Below, piece by piece: positions 1 to 10,437 of a stretch of DNA of 64,000 nucleotides. The stretch covers positions 60,279-124,278 of the forward strand of contig JBMFRB010000008.1 of NCBI GenBank assembly GCA_049968255.1, given 5' to 3'. The number at the start of each line of letters is the position of its first letter. The stretch's first letter is position 1. The stretch is from Candidatus Sumerlaeaceae bacterium (GTDB lineage: Bacteria; Sumerlaeota; Sumerlaeia; Sumerlaeales; Sumerlaeaceae). The notes beneath the pieces are model-generated. The model made no database searches. It had not been told where the DNA came from and was given only the letters and a program-made list of their open reading frames with translations. A program made the translations under genes and the position numbers.

Positions 1-37
1 TCTAAGCCAAGTGTGTGTGGCGTGACTCCCTTCCGCT

Positions 38-80
38 CATGCGGCCGATGGCAGAAGAGCCATCGGCCGCATGTCTTTTG
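38..80 (+). terminator. Intrinsic terminator-like hairpin (15-bp perfect stem)
   Basis: CATGCGGCCGATGGC (38-52) / GCCATCGGCCGCATG (59-73), 6-nt loop, followed by TCTTTT. Confidence 0.7.
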
Positions 81-346
81 GGGAGGCAGGGCCCCTGCCT
101 AGCAACGGGAGTACTGGCGGCTAAAGTCAACGCCCCGAAGCCTGAGCTCAGTCGCTGTCGCGCGCTTACCCCTTTGCGCTAACACCGCGGGGATGCCCGA
201 GCAGACCTCATTTTCTCTCCCTTTTCTTCCTCTGGCTATTTTGCCCACCGATTTAGCTTGCGAACACGATTTGGCTTTGTGTGGTTTCGCCATATGCGTT
301 CCCTTCTCAAGGGAAAGCACGGCATTCGTTTGGGAGGTTTGATCCG

Positions 347-2308
347 GTGGCAAACCACGAAAAGAACACACCGCCCGAACCTGGCTATCCCGCGATGTCG
401 GGATGGTGGTGGGTTCCGACCCTTTATTTTGCGCAGGGCATTCCCTATGTCATCGTCACGCAGGTTTCTGTGCCGCTATACAAACGCTTCGGAATTAGCA
501 ACGCCGATATAGCCTGGTACACGAGCCTTCTCGGCCTCGCGTGGGTCGTGAAGCCGTTATGGGGACCGCTTGTCGATATGTACTGGACCAAACGCAAGTG
601 GGTGCTCCTCACACAAGCGCTCATGGCGATTGGCTTGGTCGGCGTTTCCGCAATTCTGCCCACGCCAGCGCCCCTGTGGTGGTATGGCTCCCTGGCCATT
701 TTCGCAGTCATCTCCTTTGCTTCGGCCACACACGACATCGCCGCCGACGGCTATTATATGCTGGCTCTGGACCCGCACCGGCAGGCCCTATTCAATGGAT
801 TGCGCTCAACCTTTTGGCGCCTCTCGATGATTATCGGCACCGGGGTGCTGGTGATCATCGCAGGCCTGGTGGAAAGCAACAGCGGTCCAACCCCTGTCGT
901 CGTGCAAATTGCCGCCGTGGCGAAAGGTCAGAGCTCAGCTGCGCCCAAGGTGGCGCCGCCGCAGGGAGGAGACTTTGCGAGAGTGGAGCCACCCACCAAC
1001 CCGATCGAGGCCGGAACAACAGCTCCCATGGCAATACGATTGGCCAAGGCGCCAGACAATGGGCGGACTGTTGCCGTGAGCGTCTCCCTCGCACCATCGA
1101 AATGGTGGTATTTCTTCTTCCCCGTCGGCGATGAAGCGAACGTCAAAGTGGAAAAGGGCGACCGGCTAGAGTTCGGACCAAACAACTGGGACAAACCGCA
1201 GCTCGTCGAAATCCACGTGCACAAGAACTTGAACAAACCAATCCTCGTGAACCTGCGCGTAGCTGCCGGAAACATCCCGCTGGCGTGGGCTATTTGCATC
1301 GGCGTGGTGGGAGCCGTCTACCTGTTGCTCTGGCTCTACCACACGCTCGTCATGCCCAAACCAGCGCTTGACGTTCTACGCAAACCCGAGGGAGCGTCGT
1401 TTATCCATTCCGCGGCTTGGCTATTTGTGGCCGTGGGAGTCCCCGCACTTCTCTACTATCTCCTCTTTAATTTTCTCCAGCCACTTTTGGTGTCGGTACT
1501 GCCAGCAGAACATCGCACCAACGACCAATGGAAGAGCCTGATGAGCTTCGTCACGTTCGTGCTCATTGTTTGTGGCGCAGGAATCCTTCTGCTGATTCCG
1601 CATGTCGGCCACGCGGCCGCCAAGCTCTTCACCGTGTGCTCTGAAAAGAGCCGTATTGGTTTTGCGGAGGTCTTTGCGTCGTTCTTCCGCAAGAAAGGCA
1701 TAATGCGGATGCTGGCGTTCCTCATGCTTTACCGCCTGGCCGATGCTATGCTTGTCAAGATGATCACACCCTTTATGTTCGATCCGACAGAGAAAGGTGG
1801 CCTGGGCCTGAGCACCGCGCAGGTCGGCTTTGCCTACGGAACCATTGGAGTGCTCGGCCTGCTCCTGGGTGGCATCGTGGGGAGCATTTACGCAGCAACC
1901 CATGGCTTGGCGAAAGTGCGCCTCGTGATGTGTCTCTTCATGAACATCCCAATTCTGCTTTTCGTCCTCTTGGCTAAGTACCAGCCGCCCTTCCACATCG
2001 TGATGGTATCCGTGTTTGTCGAGCAGTTCGGTTACGGCTTCGGTTTCTCCTTCTATATGCTCTACATGCTCTACATCGCGGGGCAGGGCGAGCACAAAAC
2101 GAGTCACTACGCACTTTGCACAGGTTTCATGGCGCTCAGCTTCCTGATTCCCGGCATGGTCAGCGGCATCATTCAGGAACTCATGGGACACTACTACGAG
2201 TTTTTCCTACTCGTTTTGGCGCTTTCCAGCCTAAGCTTCTTGGTCACTTTCATCATTCCGGTGGATCCAGAGTTCGGGAAGAAGAAGAAACAGCCCGTGG
2301 CCGCCTAG
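347..2308 (+). CDS. ampG: AmpG-like MFS muropeptide permease with inserted soluble domain
   Basis: WVPTLYFAQGIPY, WVVKPLWGPLVD, SATHDIAADGYY and EQFGYGFG motifs of the AmpG family. GTG at 347 follows GGAGG; ORF is open from 281, alternative ATG at 395. Confidence 0.8.
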   Translation: MANHEKNTPPEPGYPAMSGWWWVPTLYFAQGIPYVIVTQVSVPLYKRFGISNADIAWYTSLLGLAWVVKPLWGPLVDMYWTKRKWVLLTQALMAIGLVGVSAILPTPAPLWWYGSLAIFAVISFASATHDIAADGYYMLALDPHRQALFNGLRSTFWRLSMIIGTGVLVIIAGLVESNSGPTPVVVQIAAVAKGQSSAAPKVAPPQGGDFARVEPPTNPIEAGTTAPMAIRLAKAPDNGRTVAVSVSLAPSKWWYFFFPVGDEANVKVEKGDRLEFGPNNWDKPQLVEIHVHKNLNKPILVNLRVAAGNIPLAWAICIGVVGAVYLLLWLYHTLVMPKPALDVLRKPEGASFIHSAAWLFVAVGVPALLYYLLFNFLQPLLVSVLPAEHRTNDQWKSLMSFVTFVLIVCGAGILLLIPHVGHAAAKLFTVCSEKSRIGFAEVFASFFRKKGIMRMLAFLMLYRLADAMLVKMITPFMFDPTEKGGLGLSTAQVGFAYGTIGVLGLLLGGIVGSIYAATHGLAKVRLVMCLFMNIPILLFVLLAKYQPPFHIVMVSVFVEQFGYGFGFSFYMLYMLYIAGQGEHKTSHYALCTGFMALSFLIPGMVSGIIQELMGHYYEFFLLVLALSSLSFLVTFIIPVDPEFGKKKKQPVAA

Positions 2309-2331
2309 CAACGGCGCTGCGATACCGTTGG

Positions 2332-2375
2332 GGCAGGCTTGCCACCCGATGTGCAGGGGGCAAGCCTGCCTTTTT
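2332..2375 (+). terminator. Intrinsic terminator after ampG
   Basis: GGCAGGCTTGCC (2332-2343) / GGCAAGCCTGCC (2359-2370) followed by TTTTT. Confidence 0.7.
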
Positions 2376-2655
2376 CGCAGGACACATTCCCGGCAAACGG
2401 TAGGAGCCTACCTCGCGCATGTCCAAACGTTTTTTGGTGCGAGCGTCGGCTTCACTCGCGTTGGGCCACTAGCCCTGTCGGTACGCCCCCCACTGTGAGG
2501 GAGGAAAGTCACTTCTTTACCTAGTCGACACAGCCCTTGCTGGCATGCATCCTCTTGTCCCCCTTTGGATTTTTCCTTTTGCGTACGTGTACGGCAACAG
2601 TGCTTCATCTAGCTCACGGATTCGCCACAGAGCAACCTCAGAAGGAGCTAGCGAG

Positions 2656-3498
2656 ATGGCCGTGACGCAAAAACGGACGCTGACGCTGGGCCATAGCCCT
2701 GACCCCGATGACGCCTTCATGTTTTATGCGCTCGCGAAGGAAAAAATAGACACGCGAGGTTGGCGCTTTGAACATATCCTGCAAGATATACAAACACTCA
2801 ATGAGCGCGCCATGCGGGGCGAGCTCGACATTACGGCAATTTCCATTCACGCCTACGCCTACGTGGCAGATAAGTACGCCCTTCTCGCGAGCGGGGCAAG
2901 CATGGGATTGCGCTACGGCCCAATGGTCGTGGGCCCCAACCCGCTAACGCTCGACGAGCTCAAGCGCACCACGATCGCCGTCCCCGGCACCATGACCTCC
3001 GCCTTTCTCACGCTGCGCCTGGCGATTGGCGACTATCCCTATGAGGTCGTGCCGTTTGATCGCATTATCGAAGAAGTGGTCAAAGGCCGCTTCGCAGCCG
3101 GCCTCATCATCCATGAGGGGCAACTCACTTATGCGGCGGCGGGTCTGGTGAAAGTTCTCGACCTGGGCGAGTGGTGGTGGGAAAAGACACGACTTCCGCT
3201 TCCCTTGGGAGGCAATGTGGTGCGCCGAGATCTGGGCGCGCAGGCAATCGCCGAGATCTCTCAGATCTTACGCGAAAGCATCCGTTATGGACTCGAACAC
3301 CGCGCAGAGGCAGTGAACTATGCGCTGCAATGGGCACGTGATATGGGCTTCGAGCTGGCCGATCAGTTCGTAGGAATGTACGTCAACGAGCTGACGCTCG
3401 ACTATGGTCAAGCCGGCCGCCAGGGCGTGGAAAAATTCCTCACCATGGCGGCCGAACATGGCTACGTGCCGGAGCACCCGAAACTCGAATTCGTCTAG
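2656..3498 (+). CDS. mqnD: 1,4-dihydroxy-6-naphthoate synthase (futalosine menaquinone pathway)
   Basis: LGHSPDPDDAFMFYAL, GLIIHEGQLTY, LPLPLGGN, MYVNELT; AAGGAG upstream of ATG 2656. Confidence 0.9.
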   Translation: MAVTQKRTLTLGHSPDPDDAFMFYALAKEKIDTRGWRFEHILQDIQTLNERAMRGELDITAISIHAYAYVADKYALLASGASMGLRYGPMVVGPNPLTLDELKRTTIAVPGTMTSAFLTLRLAIGDYPYEVVPFDRIIEEVVKGRFAAGLIIHEGQLTYAAAGLVKVLDLGEWWWEKTRLPLPLGGNVVRRDLGAQAIAEISQILRESIRYGLEHRAEAVNYALQWARDMGFELADQFVGMYVNELTLDYGQAGRQGVEKFLTMAAEHGYVPEHPKLEFV

Positions 3499-6263
3499 CG
3501 GTGAGAAACCGACCGAGCTTTGGCCGATTCCGCTGCCCCGACGCGCACATACTTCGCAAACCCTGGATAGATGAAATCATGTCCACGCTGCGCCGCATCG
3601 GCCGGCGGATACTCGTTGAAATACTTGAGAATCGGGGCGTCTGCGGCGGCTTGACCAAAAATCTCTGGATCGAGCACGAATCGCACGTTTGGTGTGTCGC
3701 AGAAAACATTCACGTAGCCTCGACCGCGATCAACAACGACTTCCCACGTCCCGTTCACCAGATAAGCCTCGACGAGCTTGCGTCCACCAATCCAAACCGT
3801 CGTGGGGGCGGCGCTGGGTTTACCACCGGTTTGCACCGGCGCTGATCCCTGCGAATTGAGCACGTACTTGCCCGCACCTGCCCCCGATTTCACAGCATCG
3901 AGCTGCTGGCCGCGGTTACGTGCAACAGTGACCATTTTCACCGCAAGCTTTTTTGCTTTCTCGAGTGGCTGACCATCGAGCGATGTGGCATAAATGGTCG
4001 CAATGGGAGAGGTCGAAACGACCTCAAGGGCACCAGCCCTATACCGCTTGCCGGCGGCCAGTTCGCCAGCCAGCGCGCATGTCTCCGTCGTGGCAATGCA
4101 CAACAGGCCGTTGCTCACGTGGCGAGTAATTGTTCCGCCGGCCAGTTTCAGCTCGGAAGGCCATTGCGTGGAAAGGTCGTGCAACGTGGCCTCACCCGCA
4201 AGATAGCGGCCAAAGCCATTGGCCAGTGCGGCCACCTGCGATTCCGTGAGTTCAGCACACACCAGATTTTTGCGTTTGGGGTCGAAAAACGCTTTGCAAT
4301 TCTCGCCTGTGGCGTCGGCCAGCACAGGCTCGAAGCCAACCTCTTTCACGCTCTTCACAGGGAATTCCGGGGCGGCATAGACCCATGGGAAATTATATCC
4401 ACTGGCCACAAGGAGGGCTCCATCGTGAGAACCAAGTTTGCCGTCCCTACGCTCGCGGTAACGCGCATCGTAGAGCACAAGGCGTTGGCCAGGGTACGCC
4501 CCTTTGCCGCTCCGGCCCGAGGTGACTGTAAACAACACAGAATCATCCACCGGATCGGTTTCGGGATTCCAGTTCTCTGCTCGGAAAGTCCAGGCAAGCT
4601 GATGAAGCGGTGTGACGAAGGAAGCCCACGTCGCAAGGTCCTCGTTATTGTAAGCGATGCGCACACGGCGTGGCTCGGCGGGCACTTCGTGGCGCAAGAA
4701 AAGCTTGGCAGTGTAGCCAGTGATCCCCCAGCGCAGAGGATCGGCCTGAGGGCCAAACGCCGAGATGATCTCTTCGTCGCCCCACGTGTAATAGGCGAAG
4801 TGCACAAGCATATCGTAGTCCTGCGCCAGCGAGAAACTCGCGATGTCTGGGTAGTACGCAGCGCGAAATTCGTTGGGCCAGCATTGTGTCCATTCGCGGC
4901 AGACAAGAGGCATGTTCGCCCAGCGATAGCGCGACAAATGGCAGGCCATCGAGTATGGACCGGTCTCGCGCACATAATTTTTGTTAGAATAGAACGGTTT
5001 GCCAACCCACTCGACGCCGGGCAAGAAGGAGGGATGATCAAGGTAAGCGTTTTCGGCGGTGGCATCGAGCTCGCGCGTCGTTGAGAAAATATCGACAATG
5101 TGTTCGCCGTGGACGACGGCGACGAGGGGAATGCGCGCCCCACGCGTGCGGATAAAATCGCGCATGGTTTCAAAATAGCGCCGCTGGAGTTCCACGGCAA
5201 AACGCACGCCGTCGCGTGTGCGAGCTGGCGAACGCAACTTGTCCGTCCAGGGAATTGATGACAGCTCGCGCAGCGAGGTCATGGTCATATCAGGTAGCTC
5301 CACGGTGGCCTGCTCGAGCGACTCCGATGGAGCAAGTGGACACTCGCCACGAGAGTTTGTCCATGCCTTACGCAGCTCAGCCGTCGAACCGTATCGGCTT
5401 TTTAGCCAATCGTTCCACATCTTGTGAAAATTCGTTCGATAGGGCTCGACAAATTCGCGCCAGGGCACGTGACCAAAAAAAAGGCTGTCCTCATTCTCAA
5501 TTTCGAGCATGCAGACGGCTGGATCAAGCCCGTTGGGAATGCCTGTGTAGGGGTTGACGTGGTCGAAAAGCCACGCCTGGACGTATTGCTTTTGCAAATC
5601 GATGAGGCGCGGATCGAAAAAGGCATAAGGTTTTGCGGCGCGGCCGAGCTTGTCTGCTTGAGGCACGCCGTCGCCCTCACGAAAGGTGCGGTAGCCGCGC
5701 AATACGAGGTAGACATACATGCCACGCTTTTTCGCGCAAGCAATCCACCAATCCACCCGATCGCGATATTCCGGATCGAATTCTGTGGACTTGTTGTTGT
5801 TGGGATAGGCTTCATCAATGATGCAGCGACGCACGAGGTTGTACTGTTCGCCCCCACGGTTGTCCAGCTCGTGCAAACGCAGTAGATTGCATCCACCGCG
5901 CGCCAGAACGTCCGTGACGAGTTCGATGCGCGACTTTTCGATGTCACCCACATGCGTAGCTGCTACCGTGTACCCCCAGAAGCGGAGCCGCTCACCGGTT
6001 TTCTCAAATTTGAACGACCCATCCTTGTCGCGCACAACATGTCCCTTCTTGCCAGCAGGCGGATCGAGGAGAAATGAGAAATCCACGAGAGAGGAGTCGG
6101 GAAACACATCGAAGACGGGGTTCACCGCGCGCACTCCGAGCGGATCGTCGGCATAGCGTGCGATGCTGCGCCGGCCTTCCGTCACGGAAGGCGTCCCGGC
6201 TGCAGGGAGTAGACCGGCACATGCTAATACGAGGCTAAAGCTAACATCAAACAAACGGCGCAT
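3495..6263 (-). CDS. Secreted clan GH-A glycoside hydrolase (GH5/GH148-like)
   Basis: Signal-peptide-like N-terminus; LLDPPAGKKG, LRFWG, NLLRLHELD, HVNPYTG, EIENED (acid/base), PLVCREW (nucleophile). Confidence 0.7.
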   Translation of the reverse strand: MRRLFDVSFSLVLACAGLLPAAGTPSVTEGRRSIARYADDPLGVRAVNPVFDVFPDSSLVDFSFLLDPPAGKKGHVVRDKDGSFKFEKTGERLRFWGYTVAATHVGDIEKSRIELVTDVLARGGCNLLRLHELDNRGGEQYNLVRRCIIDEAYPNNNKSTEFDPEYRDRVDWWIACAKKRGMYVYLVLRGYRTFREGDGVPQADKLGRAAKPYAFFDPRLIDLQKQYVQAWLFDHVNPYTGIPNGLDPAVCMLEIENEDSLFFGHVPWREFVEPYRTNFHKMWNDWLKSRYGSTAELRKAWTNSRGECPLAPSESLEQATVELPDMTMTSLRELSSIPWTDKLRSPARTRDGVRFAVELQRRYFETMRDFIRTRGARIPLVAVVHGEHIVDIFSTTRELDATAENAYLDHPSFLPGVEWVGKPFYSNKNYVRETGPYSMACHLSRYRWANMPLVCREWTQCWPNEFRAAYYPDIASFSLAQDYDMLVHFAYYTWGDEEIISAFGPQADPLRWGITGYTAKLFLRHEVPAEPRRVRIAYNNEDLATWASFVTPLHQLAWTFRAENWNPETDPVDDSVLFTVTSGRSGKGAYPGQRLVLYDARYRERRDGKLGSHDGALLVASGYNFPWVYAAPEFPVKSVKEVGFEPVLADATGENCKAFFDPKRKNLVCAELTESQVAALANGFGRYLAGEATLHDLSTQWPSELKLAGGTITRHVSNGLLCIATTETCALAGELAAGKRYRAGALEVVSTSPIATIYATSLDGQPLEKAKKLAVKMVTVARNRGQQLDAVKSGAGAGKYVLNSQGSAPVQTGGKPSAAPTTVWIGGRKLVEAYLVNGTWEVVVDRGRGYVNVFCDTPNVRFVLDPEIFGQAAADAPILKYFNEYPPADAAQRGHDFIYPGFAKYVRVGAAESAKARSVSHR

Positions 6264-6460
6264 GAAAAATCTCCTTTTTCCCATTGTTGGAAACTGTCCT
6301 TGCTCGCCAGCCCGCGTCCGCTTCTTGGCGCCGGCGTCGTTGCACCTTGGCTTGGGTGGCCCGCTTTTGGCTTTGCCACTCTTGATTCAAAGTGCGCTTG
6401 TATTTGAATGAGAATAGGACTGAAAGCAAGCAAATGTGAATCCCGCAGGGGAAAGGCGAG

Positions 6461-7621
6461 ATGAAAAAGATCATCGCTGTGCTCGTGATGGTGGCTGTGG
6501 TCGCAGGCATCCTGGCAGCTAGCACCGGCTATCTTGTTCAGCAGAAAAAACTTAGAGAGATGGAGCGCCAGGTGACCCAGGCCGAGGAATTGTTCAACGC
6601 CAAAGACTATGATGGAGCCCTTCAGTTATTGCGCCGCGTGCAAGCAGAGGGCGGCACGTTGCGCTCAGCTTACCTGCTCGGAAAGGCGCTTTACGCCAAA
6701 GGCGACTACGTCGAAGCGCTGCGCACATTTGATCGCGTAGCTGAGCGAGCACCGCGCAGCGTTTTCATGCCGGACATCCTGCTGTATCGAGCACGGCACG
6801 CTTACGACAACAAATCAAATGCGAAAGAAGCGAAAGAGATTTTTCTGCGGATTGTCTCCGAGTTTCCTGATTCTGATGCCGCCGATTGGGCACTCTATTA
6901 CCTGGCCAAAATGAGCTACGACCAGGAAGACTACAAGCAGGCGCGGATGAATCTCGAGCAAATCCTCAAGCGGCCTGATTCGCCGGCGCGCGAGGATGCC
7001 GAGTTTCTCCTGGGCGATATGAACATGATCCAACTGCGTTCGCCCCAGCCTGGGCCAGACGATATCGTCTACACAATCAAGAAAGGCGACTCTCTGTGGA
7101 AGCTCGAACGTGAGCTGAAAGTGCCGGCCGATCTTATCATGGGAATCAACAACCTGCAGCCGAAATCCCTTACTGTGGGTATGCAGATCAAAGTGCCGAA
7201 AATCAACCCGAGCATCGTAATCGACAAAGCAAAGCGCACTCTGACGCTCAAAAACTCGGGTGCACTTTTGAAGAAATATCGCGTGGGAATTCACCGCGTG
7301 GACGCGCGAGTGCCGGCCGGCGAATATACAATCCAGAACAAGCTCGAAAAAGGCATGGATTACGCAGACCCCCAGACGGGCGCCATCATCAAGGCCGGGG
7401 ATCCAACAAATCCGCTGGGCACGAAATTCCTCCAACTACGCCGCGATATGGGAATCCACGGCACGAACCAGCCTGAGCTGGTCGGCACCTACACCGATGT
7501 GGGCTGGATCATGATGAACGACAAAGACCTTGAAGAAATCTACGCCCTGGTGCGTAAAGGCACACCGGTATCCATAAAAGGCAAAAATGCAACGGAGGCG
7601 ACCTCTGGGAACAAGCCATAA
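6461..7621 (+). CDS. TPR + LysM + L,D-transpeptidase (YkuD)-like protein lacking the catalytic Cys
   Basis: N-terminal TM/signal, TPR repeats, LysM ([12 protein letters not shown]), YkuD-like NPLG...GIHGTNQP...GWIMM. Confidence 0.85.
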   Translation: MKKIIAVLVMVAVVAGILAASTGYLVQQKKLREMERQVTQAEELFNAKDYDGALQLLRRVQAEGGTLRSAYLLGKALYAKGDYVEALRTFDRVAERAPRSVFMPDILLYRARHAYDNKSNAKEAKEIFLRIVSEFPDSDAADWALYYLAKMSYDQEDYKQARMNLEQILKRPDSPAREDAEFLLGDMNMIQLRSPQPGPDDIVYTIKKGDSLWKLERELKVPADLIMGINNLQPKSLTVGMQIKVPKINPSIVIDKAKRTLTLKNSGALLKKYRVGIHRVDARVPAGEYTIQNKLEKGMDYADPQTGAIIKAGDPTNPLGTKFLQLRRDMGIHGTNQPELVGTYTDVGWIMMNDKDLEEIYALVRKGTPVSIKGKNATEATSGNKP

Positions 7622-7634
7622 AAAGTCGGAGAGT

Positions 7635-8534
7635 GTGGAAGCGCCGCAGGCGGTTCACGAACAACGAGTGCTCAAACTCGGCCTGCCCAAAGGCAGCTTG
7701 CAGGAAGCTACATTAGCGCTGTTCCGCAAAGCTGGTTTTCACTTCGCGGTCGGATCGCGCTCGTATCACGCAACGTGCGATGACCCTGAGATTACGGCAA
7801 TCTTGATTCGCGCCCAAGAGATGTCGCGCTATGTCGAAGAGGGCGTGTTTGACGTCGGACTGACGGGGCTCGACTGGATCCTCGAAAATCGGTCGAAGGT
7901 TGTCGAGGTTGCGGACCTTATCTATGCAAAGCAGAGCATGCGGCCCGTGCGATGGGTGCTGGCAGTGCCCGAAGCAAGTCCTTTCCAGAGCGTGAAAGAC
8001 CTGCGCGGCAAGCGCATCGCCACGGAGGTGGTGAACATCACACGCGATTACTTGGCACGCCACAAAGTCAAAGCTGATGTCGAATTTTCCTGGGGCGCAA
8101 CCGAGGCAAAAGCACCTGACCTCGTGGACGCCATCGTCGAGGTGACAGAGACCGGCAGCTCCTTGCGAGCCAACAAGTACCGCATTCTCGACACCGTACT
8201 CGAGTCGTGGACGAAGCTTATCGCCAACCACAAGGCCATGCGCGATCCGTGGAAACGCAAGAAGATCGAAAACATCGCCATGCTTCTCGAAGCAGCGATC
8301 CAAGCAGAGGGAAAAGTGGGCCTAAAAATGAATGTGCCGTGCAAAAAGCTCGACTCTGTGCTCTCCGTGCTACCGGCAATTACCTCACCCACGATTTCAA
8401 ATCTCACCGACCCCAACTACGTGGCACTCGAGACGGTAATTGATGAGTCGCTCGTGAAGCAGCTCATTCCTGATCTCAAACGCGCGGGCGCGGTTGGAAT
8501 CATCGAATATCCGCTGAACAAAATCATCTACTGA
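7635..8534 (+). CDS. hisG: ATP phosphoribosyltransferase (long form)
   Basis: [44 protein letters not shown]-terminal regulatory domain (SPTIS); start uncertain. Confidence 0.95.
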   Translation: MEAPQAVHEQRVLKLGLPKGSLQEATLALFRKAGFHFAVGSRSYHATCDDPEITAILIRAQEMSRYVEEGVFDVGLTGLDWILENRSKVVEVADLIYAKQSMRPVRWVLAVPEASPFQSVKDLRGKRIATEVVNITRDYLARHKVKADVEFSWGATEAKAPDLVDAIVEVTETGSSLRANKYRILDTVLESWTKLIANHKAMRDPWKRKKIENIAMLLEAAIQAEGKVGLKMNVPCKKLDSVLSVLPAITSPTISNLTDPNYVALETVIDESLVKQLIPDLKRAGAVGIIEYPLNKIIY

Positions 8535-8706
8535 ATCTGGCTTGCGCGCTCGAGGCGCGCCCAGCAGCAAAATCTGACAAAGGGGACAAAAGCCGCTCGC
8601 AGCGAGAGGAGAGCTCTTCTCTAGCTCCTCAACGGTAGCCACTTTACGGGCACAACACTGTTCGTCCCGGCAACGCGAGCTGCTGCACTGGAAATACGCG
8701 CGGCCT

Positions 8707-9486
8707 CTACACCGTGAAAGTCAGACCGTCGTAGGCAAGCTGGATATTTGGCGGGAGCAAGGCGTTCGTCGCCTCGTGTTCAAGATCGTGGCACATATGA
8801 ATGAAATAGGTCTGCTCAGCGCCGACACGCTGGGCAACGGCCACCGCTTCTCTGAGACTCATGTGGGTAGGATGCGGCCGGTGCCGCAGCGCGCTGGTGA
8901 CGAGGATTTTCACACCGCGCAGAAGCTCGAAGGAAGATTCGGGAATCGAACTCACATCGGTCAGCCACGCAAATCGCTCCAGGCGGAATCCAATGATCGG
9001 CATTTTTCCATGAAAAACCCGTACCGGCCGCACCGGGATGCCCCGCACTTCAAAGTCGCCCTGAATTTCGTGCACATTGAACTCCGGGATGCCGCCCCCA
9101 GGCGGCGGCGGTTGAAAACAATAGGAAAACCGGCGGCGAATCTCGGCGAGGCTTTCGGGCGTGGCGTAAAGATCTATCGCGTGGCCGTGCACCATGTTGA
9201 AAGCGCGGAGATCGTCGAGCCCGCCCACATGATCCGTGTGGGTGTGAGTGATGAGAACAAAATCCACATCTTCCACGCCATAAGCAAGAGCCTGCGTGCG
9301 AAAATCGGTGCCACAATCAATGAGAAAGCGACTGTTGCAATACTCAATGTAGGCGCACGAGCGCATGCGCTTGTTGCGGGGGTTGGTCGAACGACACACA
9401 GCACAGCGGCAGCCTAACGTCGGCACACCCGCGGAAGTTCCGGAGCCGAGCACCGTCACTCGCATAAGATCATTGGAAGAATTCAT
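8707..9486 (-). CDS. Metallo-beta-lactamase-fold hydrolase, PhnP/YycJ-like phosphodiesterase
   Basis: LGSGTSAGVP..GCxCxxC, THTHTDH, HMCH, AYDGL. Confidence 0.9.
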   Translation of the reverse strand: MNSSNDLMRVTVLGSGTSAGVPTLGCRCAVCRSTNPRNKRMRSCAYIEYCNSRFLIDCGTDFRTQALAYGVEDVDFVLITHTHTDHVGGLDDLRAFNMVHGHAIDLYATPESLAEIRRRFSYCFQPPPPGGGIPEFNVHEIQGDFEVRGIPVRPVRVFHGKMPIIGFRLERFAWLTDVSSIPESSFELLRGVKILVTSALRHRPHPTHMSLREAVAVAQRVGAEQTYFIHMCHDLEHEATNALLPPNIQLAYDGLTFTV

Positions 9487-9747
9487 CTTTTCGCTGCAGT
9501 CTCCCATTCTTCTGCAGCAGTACGCTAACGCCCCTTGGGTCATTCGCCATGAGAACCATATGATATCGAATGAGCGAAGCGAGTCTTACTTCTTGCGAAA
9601 CGAGTTTTGAAAATGGCCGGCTTTGCTCACAAAGCAATTCGTGCAATGCCTTGGCAGCGCCTAAGCTTCCCCAACGGTTTTTCTGTTCTGTGTCCGCTCC
9701 ACGTAGCACTTGCGTTTGCGCCCGTCACCGCGGCATGCCTAAAGGCA

Positions 9748-10365
9748 ATGATAGAATTCCTCCGTGGCATGCTGCTGGAAAACGACGGGCAGCACGTTGT
9801 GATTGACGTGCACGGCGTTGGTTATGGCCTGGACGTTCCTGCTTCGACCGCGAACGCCCTGCCGGCTGTGGGCGAGGAAGTCACGTTACACACTTACCTC
9901 GAAGCCAAAGAGAACATGTTCGCGCTTTATGGATTTGCCACCCGCGAAGAGCGTGAAGTCTTTACGATCTTTCTTGGGGTCTCGGGCATCGGGCCACGAA
10001 CAGCTCTCTCGATTTTGTCGGCCGTGCGCATTGCCGATTTTGCTACCGCCGTGATGAACAACGATGTGGCGTGGCTCACGCGCATCCCAGGCATAGGCAA
10101 AAAAACGGCAGAGCGTTTGATTGTTGAAGTTCGGGACAAAATGAAAGCCTGGGTTGCCGAAGCGCGGCTGGGAGTAGCTACTCCAGCATCGGCAAAACGT
10201 GGCAACGCGGAAGAAGCGCTTCAGGCAGAGGTAAGCGCAGCGTTACAGGCGTTAGGCTGTAAGCCCGCGATCGCTGACCGTGCCGCAGCGCGAGCGCTGG
10301 AGCTCCTCGGCCCAAAAACACCGATCGAAGACCTCGTGCGCGAAGCGCTGCGCCATCGCTACTGA
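9748..10365 (+). CDS. ruvA: Holliday junction branch migration protein RuvA
   Basis: MIEFLRG, DVHGVGY, LYGF, VSGIGPRTAL, IPGIGKKTAERLIVE, ALQALG. Confidence 0.95.
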   Translation: MIEFLRGMLLENDGQHVVIDVHGVGYGLDVPASTANALPAVGEEVTLHTYLEAKENMFALYGFATREEREVFTIFLGVSGIGPRTALSILSAVRIADFATAVMNNDVAWLTRIPGIGKKTAERLIVEVRDKMKAWVAEARLGVATPASAKRGNAEEALQAEVSAALQALGCKPAIADRAAARALELLGPKTPIEDLVREALRHRY

Positions 10366-10437
10366 GGGCGGGCTAGCGACAGGTGGGCCCACCTGACTCC
10401 AGCAGTGTGCGCGAACACGAGTAAGCAAAACGCTCAT

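Noticed and set aside
2332-2370. Possible REP-like family (hairpins at 38-73, 2332-2370, 42809-42837)
   Set aside because: The hairpins share no common sequence and no RAYT transposase is present; treated as individual terminators or hairpins.
2501-2510. GAGGAAAGTC, resembling the RNase P RNA P4 5' strand
   Set aside because: It is not followed by CGG/CC, and no matching 3' P4 motif appears downstream before mqnD.
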